Virus record (IMG/VR): IMGVR_UViG_3300033149_001257 | Location: 46,458-110,457 of that record | DNA length: 64,000 nucleotides | Reading direction: 5' to 3' (one strand) | Source: a virus | Part shown: positions 10,462 to 21,467 of the stretch, piece after piece | Layout: each line of letters begins with the position of its first letter | Position numbering within the stretch: the first letter of the stretch is position 1 | Notes under the pieces: model-generated | The model's input: the letters and a program-made list of their open reading frames with translations, nothing else | What the model was told of the DNA's origin: nothing | Database searches by the model: none | Program-made: the position numbers and the translations under genes

Positions 10462-10815
10462 CTATCCTCCGAATATTGTTTTTGCTATACCTGTCCTTAC
10501 AAGAATTACCGCCGTTCCTACCATGAGAGTTATCGCCAAAATTACCAATCGTCTATTTATTCCTATGTCTTTATCGTGTCCCACGGACTTGGCAACGAGC
10601 CCGCCATCTGGATTGCCATTACCGTCCAGTGTTTTTTTGTTACTTAATACTGTTCTCCAATACTTGTCTGCAACTTTATCATGGTTGACCTTGAACTCAT
10701 CAAAAGAGTTTTGCTGTTGTATTTTATATTCCTCAAAAGCCTTGTTCTGATGTTTATTTTCTCTCAGAATCAAATCCTTTAGTTCGGTAAAGGAATCTCT
10801 TATGTCCTGTTCCAT
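10462..10815 (-). CDS. Coiled-coil protein with C-terminal TM helix
   Basis: LDGNGNPDGGLV followed by a hydrophobic C-terminus, as in phage holin/XhlA-like proteins. Confidence 0.45.
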   Translation of the reverse strand: MEQDIRDSFTELKDLILRENKHQNKAFEEYKIQQQNSFDEFKVNHDKVADKYWRTVLSNKKTLDGNGNPDGGLVAKSVGHDKDIGINRRLVILAITLMVGTAVILVRTGIAKTIFGG

Positions 10816-10827
10816 GTGATATCCTTT

Positions 10828-11061
10828 CTATATTGGCTTTTTCGGTTCTTCTTTTTTGGGCGCATCTTTCTTTTCTTCTTTCTTTTCTTTTAGTACTATC
10901 ACGACATTTTCTTTATCTCCGTCTTTGTGTACCTTAATCTCTACTCCGCCTTCAATACCCTTCTTTGCAAATGCCGTGAACTCATACGACTCAATCGGTA
11001 ATTCCGGCTGGAACATTACAAATGCTACTCCGTTTGCATCTTTGCTAAATGTCGTTTTCAT
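10828..11061 (-). CDS. Hypothetical protein
   Basis: AAGGAG RBS; packed in the operon. Confidence 0.5.
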   Translation of the reverse strand: MKTTFSKDANGVAFVMFQPELPIESYEFTAFAKKGIEGGVEIKVHKDGDKENVVIVLKEKKEEKKDAPKKEEPKKPI

Positions 11062-11087
11062 TGCCGTTTTCTCCTTTTCCTTTTATT

Positions 11088-13505
11088 TTAACTTCCTGTC
11101 GTGTATGCGTAAATATAATACGTAGTTCCTCCAATGTCCACGGCAATTTGTTTTGAAAGGGTGCCTGCCGATGATACCGCATCGTCTACCGCCTTTATTA
11201 ATGGCTCGTCTACCGAGAAACTGCTCATGTCTATTCCCCCGGGATTGCCTGCTCCGTCATTGATTGAGGTTATTTCTATAGCATAAACATCATCCGCATG
11301 TCTACTTCGTTGGTTTATTTCCAATATCATCACATTGTTCGTCATCGTGCCAGCCACCTGTGCTCCCGCTGATGTTATTTTCAACACAGAGCCACTTGAA
11401 TTGAGTGTCCCCCCTGCCCCGGTCTGTGATTCTGACCTTGTTATTTCAACCAGGTCGTAATTGAATGTTGTGGTTCCTGAAGTTCTTGTCTCAAGAGATA
11501 GCGTTCGAAATACATTTTTACTGCCCACCGTGTCCCCCAATGAAGAACCAAGCCTGGTTATCTGGGAGTTAAATACCTTTCCGCTTGTTATACTGGTAGA
11601 CTGACACAACATATTCATGATTGTCCCATCCACTAAACCATCCGCTGATATATCAATTACCTTACCAGACGTAACCGCACCTGCATTTATGTCAACAACT
11701 ATCCCCGATGTTGTTGCAGCATCAATATTTATTACGTCAGCAGTTGTGGCATCCGAATCTATGTTTAATGATATAGCATCCGTATCCTGGTCAATAGTTA
11801 CCGTACTATCAAAAAATGAAAGTCCATCGACTTCAAGTTTACCGGAAACCATTAAATCATCTTCTGCGGCAAGTCCGTGTCCGGTGGTGCCGGCATCGCC
11901 TATCCTTAAATATGCGCCCACCCCGAATATTGAAGGTATGTTTGCTGCGGTTTCAAACTTGAAATAATCATCTGCATCACTGTTCGGGAGTAAATGAATT
12001 GCTCCATTGCTTGTTATGTGATTACCACCAAGTGCAATGTTACCTACCATGGTAGATGTGCCGTCAAGTTTTAGAAATGCTCCACCAGCCACCGCGCCAT
12101 CAATATATGTTTTTACGGCTTTTTCTGTAGGCAACGCAGTATCGCTATTTCCACCCAATGTTCCGTCGATTGAGAACTCGTCTATTGTCGCACCCAGATT
12201 AAGCGTGATACTCGGGGATGCTGAAATGGTTTTGTTGGTCAATGTCTGTGTTGGTGAAGTGCCCACCACATCTACCCACGTGGTACCATCGTTGGATAAT
12301 TGTAGCTTATCGGTACCCTCATTCCACCTTAATCCGGGGTCCTCGTCAGTTCCGGGACCGGTGGCGCTTGTTCCTGATATTTTCAGCATGGGATAATTGG
12401 GATTACCACCAGTGAATGGGGTAGCAAAGTAAAAATAGGTTCCTGATACATTGTGGGGTATTATGGGTATTGACCTTTGGGCTATGATACCATTTAATCC
12501 CCTGACACCACTCAGCCTGAGTAGGGCGTTCATCTGGTTGGTACCATCTATTTTCAAATAATCCTCTAAGTCGCCCACGTTGGCCACGAGTTCTCCCCGA
12601 ACAAGAAGATTATTAAACTCCGCATCTCCATTATCCTGTATCTGAAAACCCGACACCCCGGAAAGATAATTAAAGGATTCAAGTGTTGTGGGGGTTACTC
12701 TTATGTTGCCTATGCGCGCATCGTCCTCAGTAAACCTCGCCGTTTCTGTTCCATCCTCGTCAAAGAAGAATATTCCATGCTGATTAAACCTTGCTGCCAC
12801 TGCGCCCGTAACGTATTTAATAAGTATTTCTTTTGAATTCAACTCAAGTGATTCCTGCGATGATACTATTTTTAACTGTTCCGTGAGTGTTAATGTTCCC
12901 TGTAAATTATCAGCAAGCATATTCTCAACAATGTTACGAATAGCATTTATGGTGTCATCATCTACCACGTATCTATTATTGAAAAGTAAATCCCGAGAAT
13001 CTACGATATGCCCATTGAGTCCTTCGTGGTCCTGGTCCTGCTGAATAGCCACTGTATCATCCGAGGGAATAATTATCTTGGCAATGGTTACTTTATTAGA
13101 AAATATCGCATCGTCAAGCGTGATTAATCCATTGTATAGATTAATGAATATCTCGCCAGCCTTGCCTAATGGAACCTCTAATTTCCTTTCTTCTTCGTCT
13201 ATTTTATGTAGTATCCCATCGGCTATCCCAAGATGCTCGGTATCGAACTTTCTTCTTATATATATGTATTCGGAAGCCGGGTCGTCTGCCTCTACATAAA
13301 GACCGGAAAGGACTTTATTCCCCCCTATTTTAGCCACTAAATCAGATAGCCATTTCATGCCACGGTTATCACTGGACTGAGATACGGAACTGGCGCTAAC
13401 ACCTCTCGGCAAAGAAGAACTACCTTTAGTTTCGGCGCTCTTATCCGTACCCTGTAATCGGGTAATTTGCTGATGTAATGTTTCAAATGTCTTTTTTCCT
13501 ACCAT
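11088..13505 (-). CDS. Tail tip / fibre protein
   Basis: NYLSGVSGFQIQDNGDAEFNNLLVRG (lambda gpJ-like C-terminal module), beta-helix-like repeats; shares a module with 7536-10451. Confidence 0.7.
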   Translation of the reverse strand: MVGKKTFETLHQQITRLQGTDKSAETKGSSSLPRGVSASSVSQSSDNRGMKWLSDLVAKIGGNKVLSGLYVEADDPASEYIYIRRKFDTEHLGIADGILHKIDEEERKLEVPLGKAGEIFINLYNGLITLDDAIFSNKVTIAKIIIPSDDTVAIQQDQDHEGLNGHIVDSRDLLFNNRYVVDDDTINAIRNIVENMLADNLQGTLTLTEQLKIVSSQESLELNSKEILIKYVTGAVAARFNQHGIFFFDEDGTETARFTEDDARIGNIRVTPTTLESFNYLSGVSGFQIQDNGDAEFNNLLVRGELVANVGDLEDYLKIDGTNQMNALLRLSGVRGLNGIIAQRSIPIIPHNVSGTYFYFATPFTGGNPNYPMLKISGTSATGPGTDEDPGLRWNEGTDKLQLSNDGTTWVDVVGTSPTQTLTNKTISASPSITLNLGATIDEFSIDGTLGGNSDTALPTEKAVKTYIDGAVAGGAFLKLDGTSTMVGNIALGGNHITSNGAIHLLPNSDADDYFKFETAANIPSIFGVGAYLRIGDAGTTGHGLAAEDDLMVSGKLEVDGLSFFDSTVTIDQDTDAISLNIDSDATTADVINIDAATTSGIVVDINAGAVTSGKVIDISADGLVDGTIMNMLCQSTSITSGKVFNSQITRLGSSLGDTVGSKNVFRTLSLETRTSGTTTFNYDLVEITRSESQTGAGGTLNSSGSVLKITSAGAQVAGTMTNNVMILEINQRSRHADDVYAIEITSINDGAGNPGGIDMSSFSVDEPLIKAVDDAVSSAGTLSKQIAVDIGGTTYYIYAYTTGS

Positions 13506-16500
13506 TATCCTGGATACCTCGCTAACATAAATGTTGGCTGACTTTTCTTCGCAGACATTTTCTCAAGAAAATAGTTCTGGTTAATATTGTTTACTGTATC
13601 AATTACTCTTAGCGTCATGCCCATTATTATATGCGGCGCAAGCATAGACGTTATTCTCACCTTACTCTTGTTTTTCTGGAACTCATAGAGCATTAATTTA
13701 CCACGCCTGTCAATTATCGGTTGAGTAGATAATTCTATATGTACGTCCCTGTCCTTATAAACCTTATCTCCATATATGGGTAATAGTCCGGCATCGTCAA
13801 ATAAAGAACTGGCTGTTTCAAGCTCCTGCGATACCCTGACATCTATGGCATGATTATTGTCGGCGGTGTCGGTAGTACTTACAAACGTAGTGGGAGTTTT
13901 GCTCGTATACACAAACGCCTCAGCACCATCAATATATATCGTTCCGGTATCAGAAAATGCCGAGGTATCATCTACATTTATCGTTGAATCGCCTGCTGTT
14001 ACTCCCACCGAAACCTGCGTTGTCGGTATCAGTGTAGCATCGGTTTCGAGTACCGTGTTGCCATATATCGCAAGCTCTGCCAGGCAAACAGCATAGAATG
14101 TTTCTCCTGCATGTTCAATCGCTCCCAACTCTTCAAGAATTATCTTTACATATCTCGCTTGAAAAAACTCGCCTAAAATATCTTCTTCAAATGATACTTT
14201 CTCCCCACCCTTCATAATAAAATCTCTCGCATCCGAAGATATGGAACTGTAGCTCGTGCCATCTATGGAATATTCCAAACTGTATCTATTCTCTATGTCA
14301 AGCTTGTTTTTAATATCATTGGTATACGGATAATAAAAACCTTGAAGTAAATCAATGGCTCTTATATCCCGAAGTGAGCCCAGGTCTATAATTAAAAACT
14401 GTGTACCCGATAATGTCTTGTTCTTAAACTTTACCTGTAATTGTGTGTTGCTTAATCCATCTATCATTAGTGGCGCGCTTGTTGAGGGCTTAATTATATT
14501 GTTTGATGCGTAAGATAAATCCATTGACACTAATCCATTTCTGGTATTCTCAAATATACGAACTTCTTTATAATAAGCGTTTCCTGTATACCAATAAACA
14601 CTAAGACCTACAGGGTGCCTATTGATTGCTTTTATTCTTGACAATATCCTTATTTTTTTTATATATTTAGGAGCACCACTTTCATTAGGATACCATGTGG
14701 TGGTATACAAATCTGTTTCCCCTGCGGGAAATTCTATGTGGGATGCTACCCAGTGGGTACCTGTCCACCAACTGCCCATATAATTCCACGTATCGTCAAC
14801 GTCTTGATACATAACCGCATAATCTCCCCCATATAATCTTATGTCATCATTCATAATGGCACCCACGTCTAATTCAACTTTTGAAATATACCGTGTTCCG
14901 CCTAAGTCAAAGTTAATATTCTTTGAATATAGCACATCTTTTACTCTTAATCTTTCCGAAGCATATACTCCTATGTGGGTGAAATATGTACTGGTATTCC
15001 CATCTATCATGTGGCCGGTAATTCCGGATGACCTACCACCTGGGGCTCCTATTGTTATGGTGGTATCCTCTGCTATGTTCGGAGTGGTAAACGCAGCATC
15101 TGGATCGCTTGGGAAATGAGTCGAATCTTTTTCTATCCTTACCGTGGCATTCGCACAATCTATAAGCACGTCATCTGCACTTATTGATTTATAAAAATCG
15201 GCATATGATGTTTGATTTAGTTTTGTATAATTCGTAGAAGAAGGCGCATACCAGATACCATTAGAATAATCCACGTTAGCGTTACCGGCAGCTATTGTGA
15301 AAAGACGTTCTCCGTCTGTTGTGTATATAATAATAGGATACTCTCTGGATATTTTATATCCAAACCTTACCTCATAATGAGATTGCGATAAATATGATGG
15401 TATTTCCGATGGGTCGGAATTAGAAAAATCATCCACGCTTGTCACTCCCGGAGCAAATAATGTTAGAGCTCCATTTCCCGTGGGTGAAATCACTTGAGAT
15501 TGAAATTGTACATCATTGTCGGATATTGGTACACCATTAAATCTCACGTTTGGTATTGTAGGATAAGATAGTATTGCGGGTGAAAAATAAACCCCATTGG
15601 CATCCGCAAGATAAAGTTTATAGTTGGCGTATGTTATATCATCGCCTGTCCATTGGAGTGGCTGATTCTCTGCCGTGGCGCTATATGTTCCTATGTCAAC
15701 AAAAGATACCACTCTGTTTCCATCCTCATCAACCGCCTGCATATAATTTGTGGGATTCTCGTTCTGTCCATACATTTTTACCCTTGTGTATATCTCCCCA
15801 TCTGATATATAGTCCAAGGAAATCTGTCCCGGTACGGTATAATCAGCATTTACTTTCTGGGTAAGATAAGACCCCCAGACCTTCTGCGAACCAGCCGTAC
15901 GAAAAATATAATTAGGCGCAAGCAGACTCCTGATTTCATTTATAGCATCAAACCGGTTATTAATCTTACTCGCAGAAAACTCTATCACCGGTATTTGTAT
16001 TCCGGTGGCCTGTATGGTGCAAAATGTGTAATCCACATCACAGGTTACGGTAGCCCCTGTGCCCCCCGTGGGGGGAGTGGTCAATATAATCTTACCATAC
16101 CTTTTATCAAACCTGTTAAACTGCGCCGCAAGTATACCCGGGATAGTAAAATTGCCATGCACAAGGTCGGTACTCACGTTGTTATAAGTTAAATACCATA
16201 CCTGCCCAACTGGATATGCTTGATATACGGTAGCTTTATCATTATGGGCCGCCGCAATAGAAGATAATTCTCCACGTGTACATCCAGTAAGCGTGGTGGC
16301 TGTTTTCCCGGTATATTCAATAAACTCATTATCTATTTTAATATACCCCGTATCGTCAAAATCAGCAGTATCTTCCTTCGTGGTTATGGTGTCAATAGCA
16401 TCCGTCACTGAACCCTTGAGATGTACTTTCACGTCAATTGTTTCGGGATTAAAATTCGGTACCATGGTATCAATAATAACCCCATCTTCCGTGTTCTTCG

Positions 16501-17314
16501 TGGTGGTTAAGTTACCAGCCACGGTATATGGGATATTTCCATAATGGTCCTCTTTTGTCATTATTTCCTGTATCACATCCTCAGCATAATTAATAGTAGA
16601 TGTGGGATAATACCAATATGGTTCTACAACTAAATCAAAATCTTCCCGTACATTTATGGGCGCATTTAATATTATCTGACCATATTCATAATCAATCGTA
16701 ATATCCTGTATTTTCTCGCCAGCCACAGCACTTCCCCTGAAAATTACTTTTATATTCAACGGCGGTTTCTGCGCTATATTTGTGTGTGGTAAATTAAATA
16801 TTACTGCCAATTTATGGTCAGCATTTTCTGTATCATCTGACATGTAATGCGGCGTAATGTACTCAACCCCAGTAAGCGCGGTATTCGTTGTAGCATATGT
16901 TACCTCGGTTTTGGGTGATTCATATTTCTTGTCAATATCAACCCACTGCAACTTAATCATGGCATCTGATACGTTCAATACAAGCGTTGCCGCACCCTGA
17001 TTAATCACCGGATTTATTTCCTGTATCGTTCCATAGAACTTATTAAATAATTCGGGGGTCCCATAAACGTCTATCCCCTCAAATATCTCAACCAATTCCC
17101 CTTTGGATATAGGATTAGTTCCACCTGCCGAATATTTACCATCGGTGTTTTTTATTATTACCCTTAATGTCGCGGTACCATACTTATCATCAAAAGAGTA
17201 ATCCCAATCGATAGCATCGGTATTTGTAGCGCTGGCTATATCGCAACGGAACTCTCTTGGAGCCTCGCCGCGGGTTAATATAGCTTGCGCATCTGATGAT
17301 AATTGTTTAGGCAT
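13505..17314 (-). CDS. Large tail tip / baseplate hub protein with inserted discoidin-like domains
   Basis: Position after Dit; INFDLG..RYISKV and IIDLGSLRDI...YSIDG..ARYVKI carbohydrate-binding-like motifs. Confidence 0.7.
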   Translation of the reverse strand: MPKQLSSDAQAILTRGEAPREFRCDIASATNTDAIDWDYSFDDKYGTATLRVIIKNTDGKYSAGGTNPISKGELVEIFEGIDVYGTPELFNKFYGTIQEINPVINQGAATLVLNVSDAMIKLQWVDIDKKYESPKTEVTYATTNTALTGVEYITPHYMSDDTENADHKLAVIFNLPHTNIAQKPPLNIKVIFRGSAVAGEKIQDITIDYEYGQIILNAPINVREDFDLVVEPYWYYPTSTINYAEDVIQEIMTKEDHYGNIPYTVAGNLTTTKNTEDGVIIDTMVPNFNPETIDVKVHLKGSVTDAIDTITTKEDTADFDDTGYIKIDNEFIEYTGKTATTLTGCTRGELSSIAAAHNDKATVYQAYPVGQVWYLTYNNVSTDLVHGNFTIPGILAAQFNRFDKRYGKIILTTPPTGGTGATVTCDVDYTFCTIQATGIQIPVIEFSASKINNRFDAINEIRSLLAPNYIFRTAGSQKVWGSYLTQKVNADYTVPGQISLDYISDGEIYTRVKMYGQNENPTNYMQAVDEDGNRVVSFVDIGTYSATAENQPLQWTGDDITYANYKLYLADANGVYFSPAILSYPTIPNVRFNGVPISDNDVQFQSQVISPTGNGALTLFAPGVTSVDDFSNSDPSEIPSYLSQSHYEVRFGYKISREYPIIIYTTDGERLFTIAAGNANVDYSNGIWYAPSSTNYTKLNQTSYADFYKSISADDVLIDCANATVRIEKDSTHFPSDPDAAFTTPNIAEDTTITIGAPGGRSSGITGHMIDGNTSTYFTHIGVYASERLRVKDVLYSKNINFDLGGTRYISKVELDVGAIMNDDIRLYGGDYAVMYQDVDDTWNYMGSWWTGTHWVASHIEFPAGETDLYTTTWYPNESGAPKYIKKIRILSRIKAINRHPVGLSVYWYTGNAYYKEVRIFENTRNGLVSMDLSYASNNIIKPSTSAPLMIDGLSNTQLQVKFKNKTLSGTQFLIIDLGSLRDIRAIDLLQGFYYPYTNDIKNKLDIENRYSLEYSIDGTSYSSISSDARDFIMKGGEKVSFEEDILGEFFQARYVKIILEELGAIEHAGETFYAVCLAELAIYGNTVLETDATLIPTTQVSVGVTAGDSTINVDDTSAFSDTGTIYIDGAEAFVYTSKTPTTFVSTTDTADNNHAIDVRVSQELETASSLFDDAGLLPIYGDKVYKDRDVHIELSTQPIIDRRGKLMLYEFQKNKSKVRITSMLAPHIIMGMTLRVIDTVNNINQNYFLEKMSAKKSQPTFMLARYPG

Positions 17315-17316
17315 TG

Positions 17317-17712
17317 TTAAATATCCTTTAGTACCTTCAGACTCATTTTTATCTGGTACTTCTGTGTTGAACCAGATAATTTATCTAACTTATTGAGGGA
17401 CCGTATTTCACCCTGGATTATCTCTCCGTTTGTCTTGGTTATTTCAAGCCTGGTGTTATTGTCGGCATATGTTTCCAATCTACTCCATAGGGTAAGAGTA
17501 GAATCTTTTGTGAGAAATACAAAATTTGTAATCTCGTGGATTTTCTTCTCCGGGGGCGAATCCTGTCCTTCCGATCCATCGTACAGCACCACATCTTTCG
17601 TCAATGAAACAATGTTTTCCTCTATGGGAACCACTCCGGGAGCCGGTATTGTGTGCTCGTTTACCCACACTCCACTTTCGTATTTTCTCACTGCCCACCT
17701 TATATCAGCCAT
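17317..17712 (-). CDS. Distal tail protein (Dit)-like
   Basis: Size and position immediately after the tape measure gene. Confidence 0.5.
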   Translation of the reverse strand: MADIRWAVRKYESGVWVNEHTIPAPGVVPIEENIVSLTKDVVLYDGSEGQDSPPEKKIHEITNFVFLTKDSTLTLWSRLETYADNNTRLEITKTNGEIIQGEIRSLNKLDKLSGSTQKYQIKMSLKVLKDI

Positions 17713-17721
17713 TTATATCTC

Positions 17722-20700
17722 CTATATCGGTTGAATACCTCTTAATGAATTCTCTGCAAAATAGTACGATTCTGGCATGGCATATGGATCCCCACTCTTT
17801 GCCATGGCGCTCGTATCCCTACTTATACTTTCAAGTAACTTATTGGTATAATCAATCTTCGGGGCTATTTCATGCCACCCCTTGGTTATCTCATCCTGTT
17901 TATTTTCTTTTTCGGGTGTCATTGCTATCCCGGCTATCATACCCAATACTCCGCCTATTGCTCCACCCGCAGGACCAAATACTCCACCCATCATAGAACC
18001 CACCCCGAAACCGGATGCTGCCTCTCTTGAAATCAATCCACCGGCTATTACTCCACCTACCCGGAAAGCATTGAGCATTTTATCCGCAGCTGATATTCCA
18101 CCAACCTCCATACTGGTCGTCATGGCATTCCCATCGGTTATTGACGATGATATACCAGCAGATGTCGCTATTCCGGCAGCTGAAATAGCCGTCATGCCAG
18201 GAGCTACCTTGGGAATAGATGTTTTTTTACCCATACCACCTGTCCTGCCAACCGTGCTAGCCCCCATTGAAGAAAATATCCCATAGTTGGCTTCCATCAT
18301 ATCAAGGAACCTATTTGTCATTCTCTTTAATACCACATCCCCCATGTTATTCATTAATCCCCTGATGTTATCCAGGGCATCTTCCCACGATTCCGTATGG
18401 TGAAGTATGGTCATCATGTAATCAGCCGCTATGCTCTTATACTGCTTACCAAGTTCGGCCGCCTGTTCCATCTGTTGTAATTGAACACCGTTTATAAGTC
18501 CATGTAATTTAAGTATGGTTTCAAGGTCACTTGTGACTTCAAGATACTTGTTTTCGCGATCATCCAACCCATCATTAAGGTCTACGGAAAAGTCTTTTTC
18601 AAATCCGAGCTTGGCAAGCATCTCGTCTTGACTTTTTAATGCTTTTTCTGATAAATTGCCACGATTGTCCTCAATGTTTTCAAGTATGGTCTGCGCTGCT
18701 ATTTGATTAGCAAGCCACGTGTCTGCCATTGATAATTTCGCTTTTTCAAGTTCAAAATCCTGTTGCTTGTCCCTGAGTTTTCTGCGTAAATTCTCGGTGA
18801 TCTCTGTTTCTATTGTTTCTTCCTCGTCTTTATCGTCAACTGTTTTTTTACCCACCCCTGCATTTTTCTTATTTATTTCCAACTGCTTTTCTTTTTCGGT
18901 GGTTATTTCTTTTTCTCCATTTAGATGTGCAAGCATATAATCATACGATTCTTGAAAATCTGCCCCCTCTTCTCTCCTTTTTTTCCAAGCATACCGCGTA
19001 GATAAGGTTTCCTTCATTGCGGTGGACATCACATCCCCTATGGCACCCCCCATAGATACTAAGACTTTTGCAGGCAATCCCATGGCCTTACTAAGCAATG
19101 AATACCTGTTCTGTGATTCTATTAGAGAATCTATAAGTTCTTTCATTGGTCCTTTTGTGTCTTCTAATGATTCTATGAAGTCTGTCTGTATGGCATTCCC
19201 GAGAATTTTAAATGATGCCGCCAATGTGTTCTCTACTTTATCGGCCGTATTCTCTGCAAAATCCTTAAATGTTTCATCGCTTGTTTTTACCGTGGCTTCC
19301 CATTTTTTGAAATCGTTAAGTATTGCCCCAACCGCTCTACCACCCCTTAATCCAAATATGTCCATAAGCCTACGCAAATCGTCTACGGAAAGAGCCGCCC
19401 CCTCAAATCTCCAGCTCAACTGTTCCATCATGTCATTAAGGTCCAACGGAGCTGCAGGGTCAAATATTAACCCAAACTCGGTTTTTAACTTACCAGATTT
19501 TTTGGCTATCATCAAAAATGTTGACATCAGCGACGTACCTGCTCGAGTGTTCCCGCACCATACCGGCTTGCCGTTTCTTCTGACGTAAAGCAATTCGTTT
19601 GGCACGGAAACGCAATGTTGTCTACCATTATAATCTATTTCTTTATGTTGATGGGATAATAACATTGGTTCGTTTTTGAATGTATTTATTCCTATGTTAT
19701 ACATATCTTTATTATCATTATTGTGTTTTAAAATGTATTTTTTGCAATCTCCACTCAACCCAATTTTTAATAATAATTCTATAAAATCATCTTTAAGTTT
19801 TTTTGAACTTGTGTGATATCTGAATCCACACTCAATCCTTTTGTCTTTACTGCCATCCCCCATCATTAATGAATTATATATAATTTTTAATTGACGTGAC
19901 GATAGTTGTAATATTTCTCTGGGTATAAATTTATCTCTTGCATGTCCAAATTGTTTCAAGTAAGACCACAATTGCTTAGAAGTTATGACTATCTTTTTAT
20001 GTTTTGGATATGCTTGTACATTGAATGGTAGTTTTGACATAATGGTTGTCATTTTATTAAATGTTTTACCATACTTTTGTGTAACTACAACATCATAATT
20101 ACCATTATATCCTTTGGTTGCGTGTCCTTCTGCAATCCATATGCCTAAAAATGCTAACCAATGATCCATCTTGATTTTTATATTATTTACTGTTCGTGTT
20201 TTATTTTCTACGGATGGTAAATGAAAATATTTAGTTTCCCTACCGTTCCATTTTGAATTTTTCTTAAGTATTCTATTTTTTTGATACATATTTTCAGCAA
20301 TTTCTATTTGATAATCTTTTTTTATTCTCTTGTCGGATTTAACATACATTCTATGGTTAGGGGTAACCAATAAATTGACTTTCTTATTAGAAAATAATAT
20401 CATTTTCCCTTTGTAGGGTGCATCAACATATTCATAGGGTTTCTGGTATTCAAGTTCTTTTGTTTCTGGATTTAGAGTGGCTACCTTTTCAGTCTTATTT
20501 AGGTCCTTGAAATATTTCCATCCCTGGTTTGTTAGTATTTCTGTTTCATCATCATAGCATCCCTTAAGCAATCCAGAATTTAGGAATCCTATGGTTCCTA
20601 TGAGTGTTTTAATGTCAACATTCATTATTGCACCAGCGGAACCAACTAACCTCATGGCTGATTCTATTTCGGAGAGCTCCACCTGTTGATTACTATACGT

Positions 20701-21465
20701 AAATGTTAGGAGGTCGGCTATGTATTGAAACTTTTCTTGAGCCGTGTTTGCATTCTCAATATTCTTTCCGAAAACATTATACATCCCGGCCACGAGTTTA
20801 CCGGTTTCGTTTATGTCGCCGTATGTACCTACCGTCATGTCCATTACATGCTTATGTCCAGCCATTATCTCCGTCGTGGAAAGGCCAGCCGTGCCAAGAA
20901 AATAAAGTGCTTTTGCTGAATCCATAAGCGATGCGCGAGATGTCTTGCCATAATCAAGCACCTGCCCTTTAAGCATTTTCATGGTGCCACTAAAATCATC
21001 TCCAAACCCCCTGGCTACAGTACTTACGCGCCCCATTATATCGTCAAGTTCTACGAATCCCTTTACGAGATTTGTAATCATCCTTACTGTCCCAAACATT
21101 ACTCCACCAATTAATGCCCATGATGCAAATTTAGATACCACGTCTCCCAAAGACTGACTTATACCAAGAAACCCCCATTTTATCTTTTTCTGGGAACTTA
21201 TGAGTTTACCTGTGGAGTTATTATATTTTCTAATGGTTCCATCGTGCTTTCGGTATGATTTTGTAAGTATACCCTGCGCGTTTGTTTCTTCTTTTATGAG
21301 CTTACCACGTCTTCCCATTACCCTTTCTTGGGCCCGCGTGGATTGCGTTACCTTCTTTGTGGCAGTATCCAGCTTATTAAGTTTGTTAGATGCCTGCATT
21401 ATCTTATCAAACTTTTTAGTGTCTATGGTAACTTCAATATTAATTCTGTCAGTGAATAGAGCCAT
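17722..21465 (-). CDS. Tape measure protein (TP901-type) containing an intein
   Basis: A.ALYFLGTAG, ADLL, KG/TRAGTSL and FG.RG..A motifs; Gly/Ala-rich C-terminus; intein at codon 303. Confidence 0.9.
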   Translation of the reverse strand: MALFTDRINIEVTIDTKKFDKIMQASNKLNKLDTATKKVTQSTRAQERVMGRRGKLIKEETNAQGILTKSYRKHDGTIRKYNNSTGKLISSQKKIKWGFLGISQSLGDVVSKFASWALIGGVMFGTVRMITNLVKGFVELDDIMGRVSTVARGFGDDFSGTMKMLKGQVLDYGKTSRASLMDSAKALYFLGTAGLSTTEIMAGHKHVMDMTVGTYGDINETGKLVAGMYNVFGKNIENANTAQEKFQYIADLLTFTYSNQQVELSEIESAMRLVGSAGAIMNVDIKTLIGTIGFLNSGLLKGCYDDETEILTNQGWKYFKDLNKTEKVATLNPETKELEYQKPYEYVDAPYKGKMILFSNKKVNLLVTPNHRMYVKSDKRIKKDYQIEIAENMYQKNRILKKNSKWNGRETKYFHLPSVENKTRTVNNIKIKMDHWLAFLGIWIAEGHATKGYNGNYDVVVTQKYGKTFNKMTTIMSKLPFNVQAYPKHKKIVITSKQLWSYLKQFGHARDKFIPREILQLSSRQLKIIYNSLMMGDGSKDKRIECGFRYHTSSKKLKDDFIELLLKIGLSGDCKKYILKHNNDNKDMYNIGINTFKNEPMLLSHQHKEIDYNGRQHCVSVPNELLYVRRNGKPVWCGNTRAGTSLMSTFLMIAKKSGKLKTEFGLIFDPAAPLDLNDMMEQLSWRFEGAALSVDDLRRLMDIFGLRGGRAVGAILNDFKKWEATVKTSDETFKDFAENTADKVENTLAASFKILGNAIQTDFIESLEDTKGPMKELIDSLIESQNRYSLLSKAMGLPAKVLVSMGGAIGDVMSTAMKETLSTRYAWKKRREEGADFQESYDYMLAHLNGEKEITTEKEKQLEINKKNAGVGKKTVDDKDEEETIETEITENLRRKLRDKQQDFELEKAKLSMADTWLANQIAAQTILENIEDNRGNLSEKALKSQDEMLAKLGFEKDFSVDLNDGLDDRENKYLEVTSDLETILKLHGLINGVQLQQMEQAAELGKQYKSIAADYMMTILHHTESWEDALDNIRGLMNNMGDVVLKRMTNRFLDMMEANYGIFSSMGASTVGRTGGMGKKTSIPKVAPGMTAISAAGIATSAGISSSITDGNAMTTSMEVGGISAADKMLNAFRVGGVIAGGLISREAASGFGVGSMMGGVFGPAGGAIGGVLGMIAGIAMTPEKENKQDEITKGWHEIAPKIDYTNKLLESISRDTSAMAKSGDPYAMPESYYFAENSLRGIQPI
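19549..20559 (-). mobile_element. Intein with LAGLIDADG homing endonuclease (337 aa)
   Basis: Starts CYDDETEILT.QGW, has block B VTPNHRMYV and LAGLIDADG helices FLGIWIAEG and YNSLMMGDGS, ends HCVSVPN...VWCGN followed by +1 Thr; more AT-rich than its flanks. Confidence 0.92.
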
Positions 21466-21467
21466 TT

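Noticed and set aside
10473-10486. 13/14 match to the native TnpB guide (ATATTGTTTTTGCT)
   Set aside because: AT-rich and not preceded by TTAT; likely chance. A full guide search could not be done by eye.
8815-12190. Fibre repeats read as DGR template/variable repeats
   Set aside because: Differences are not adenine-specific and no reverse transcriptase is present.
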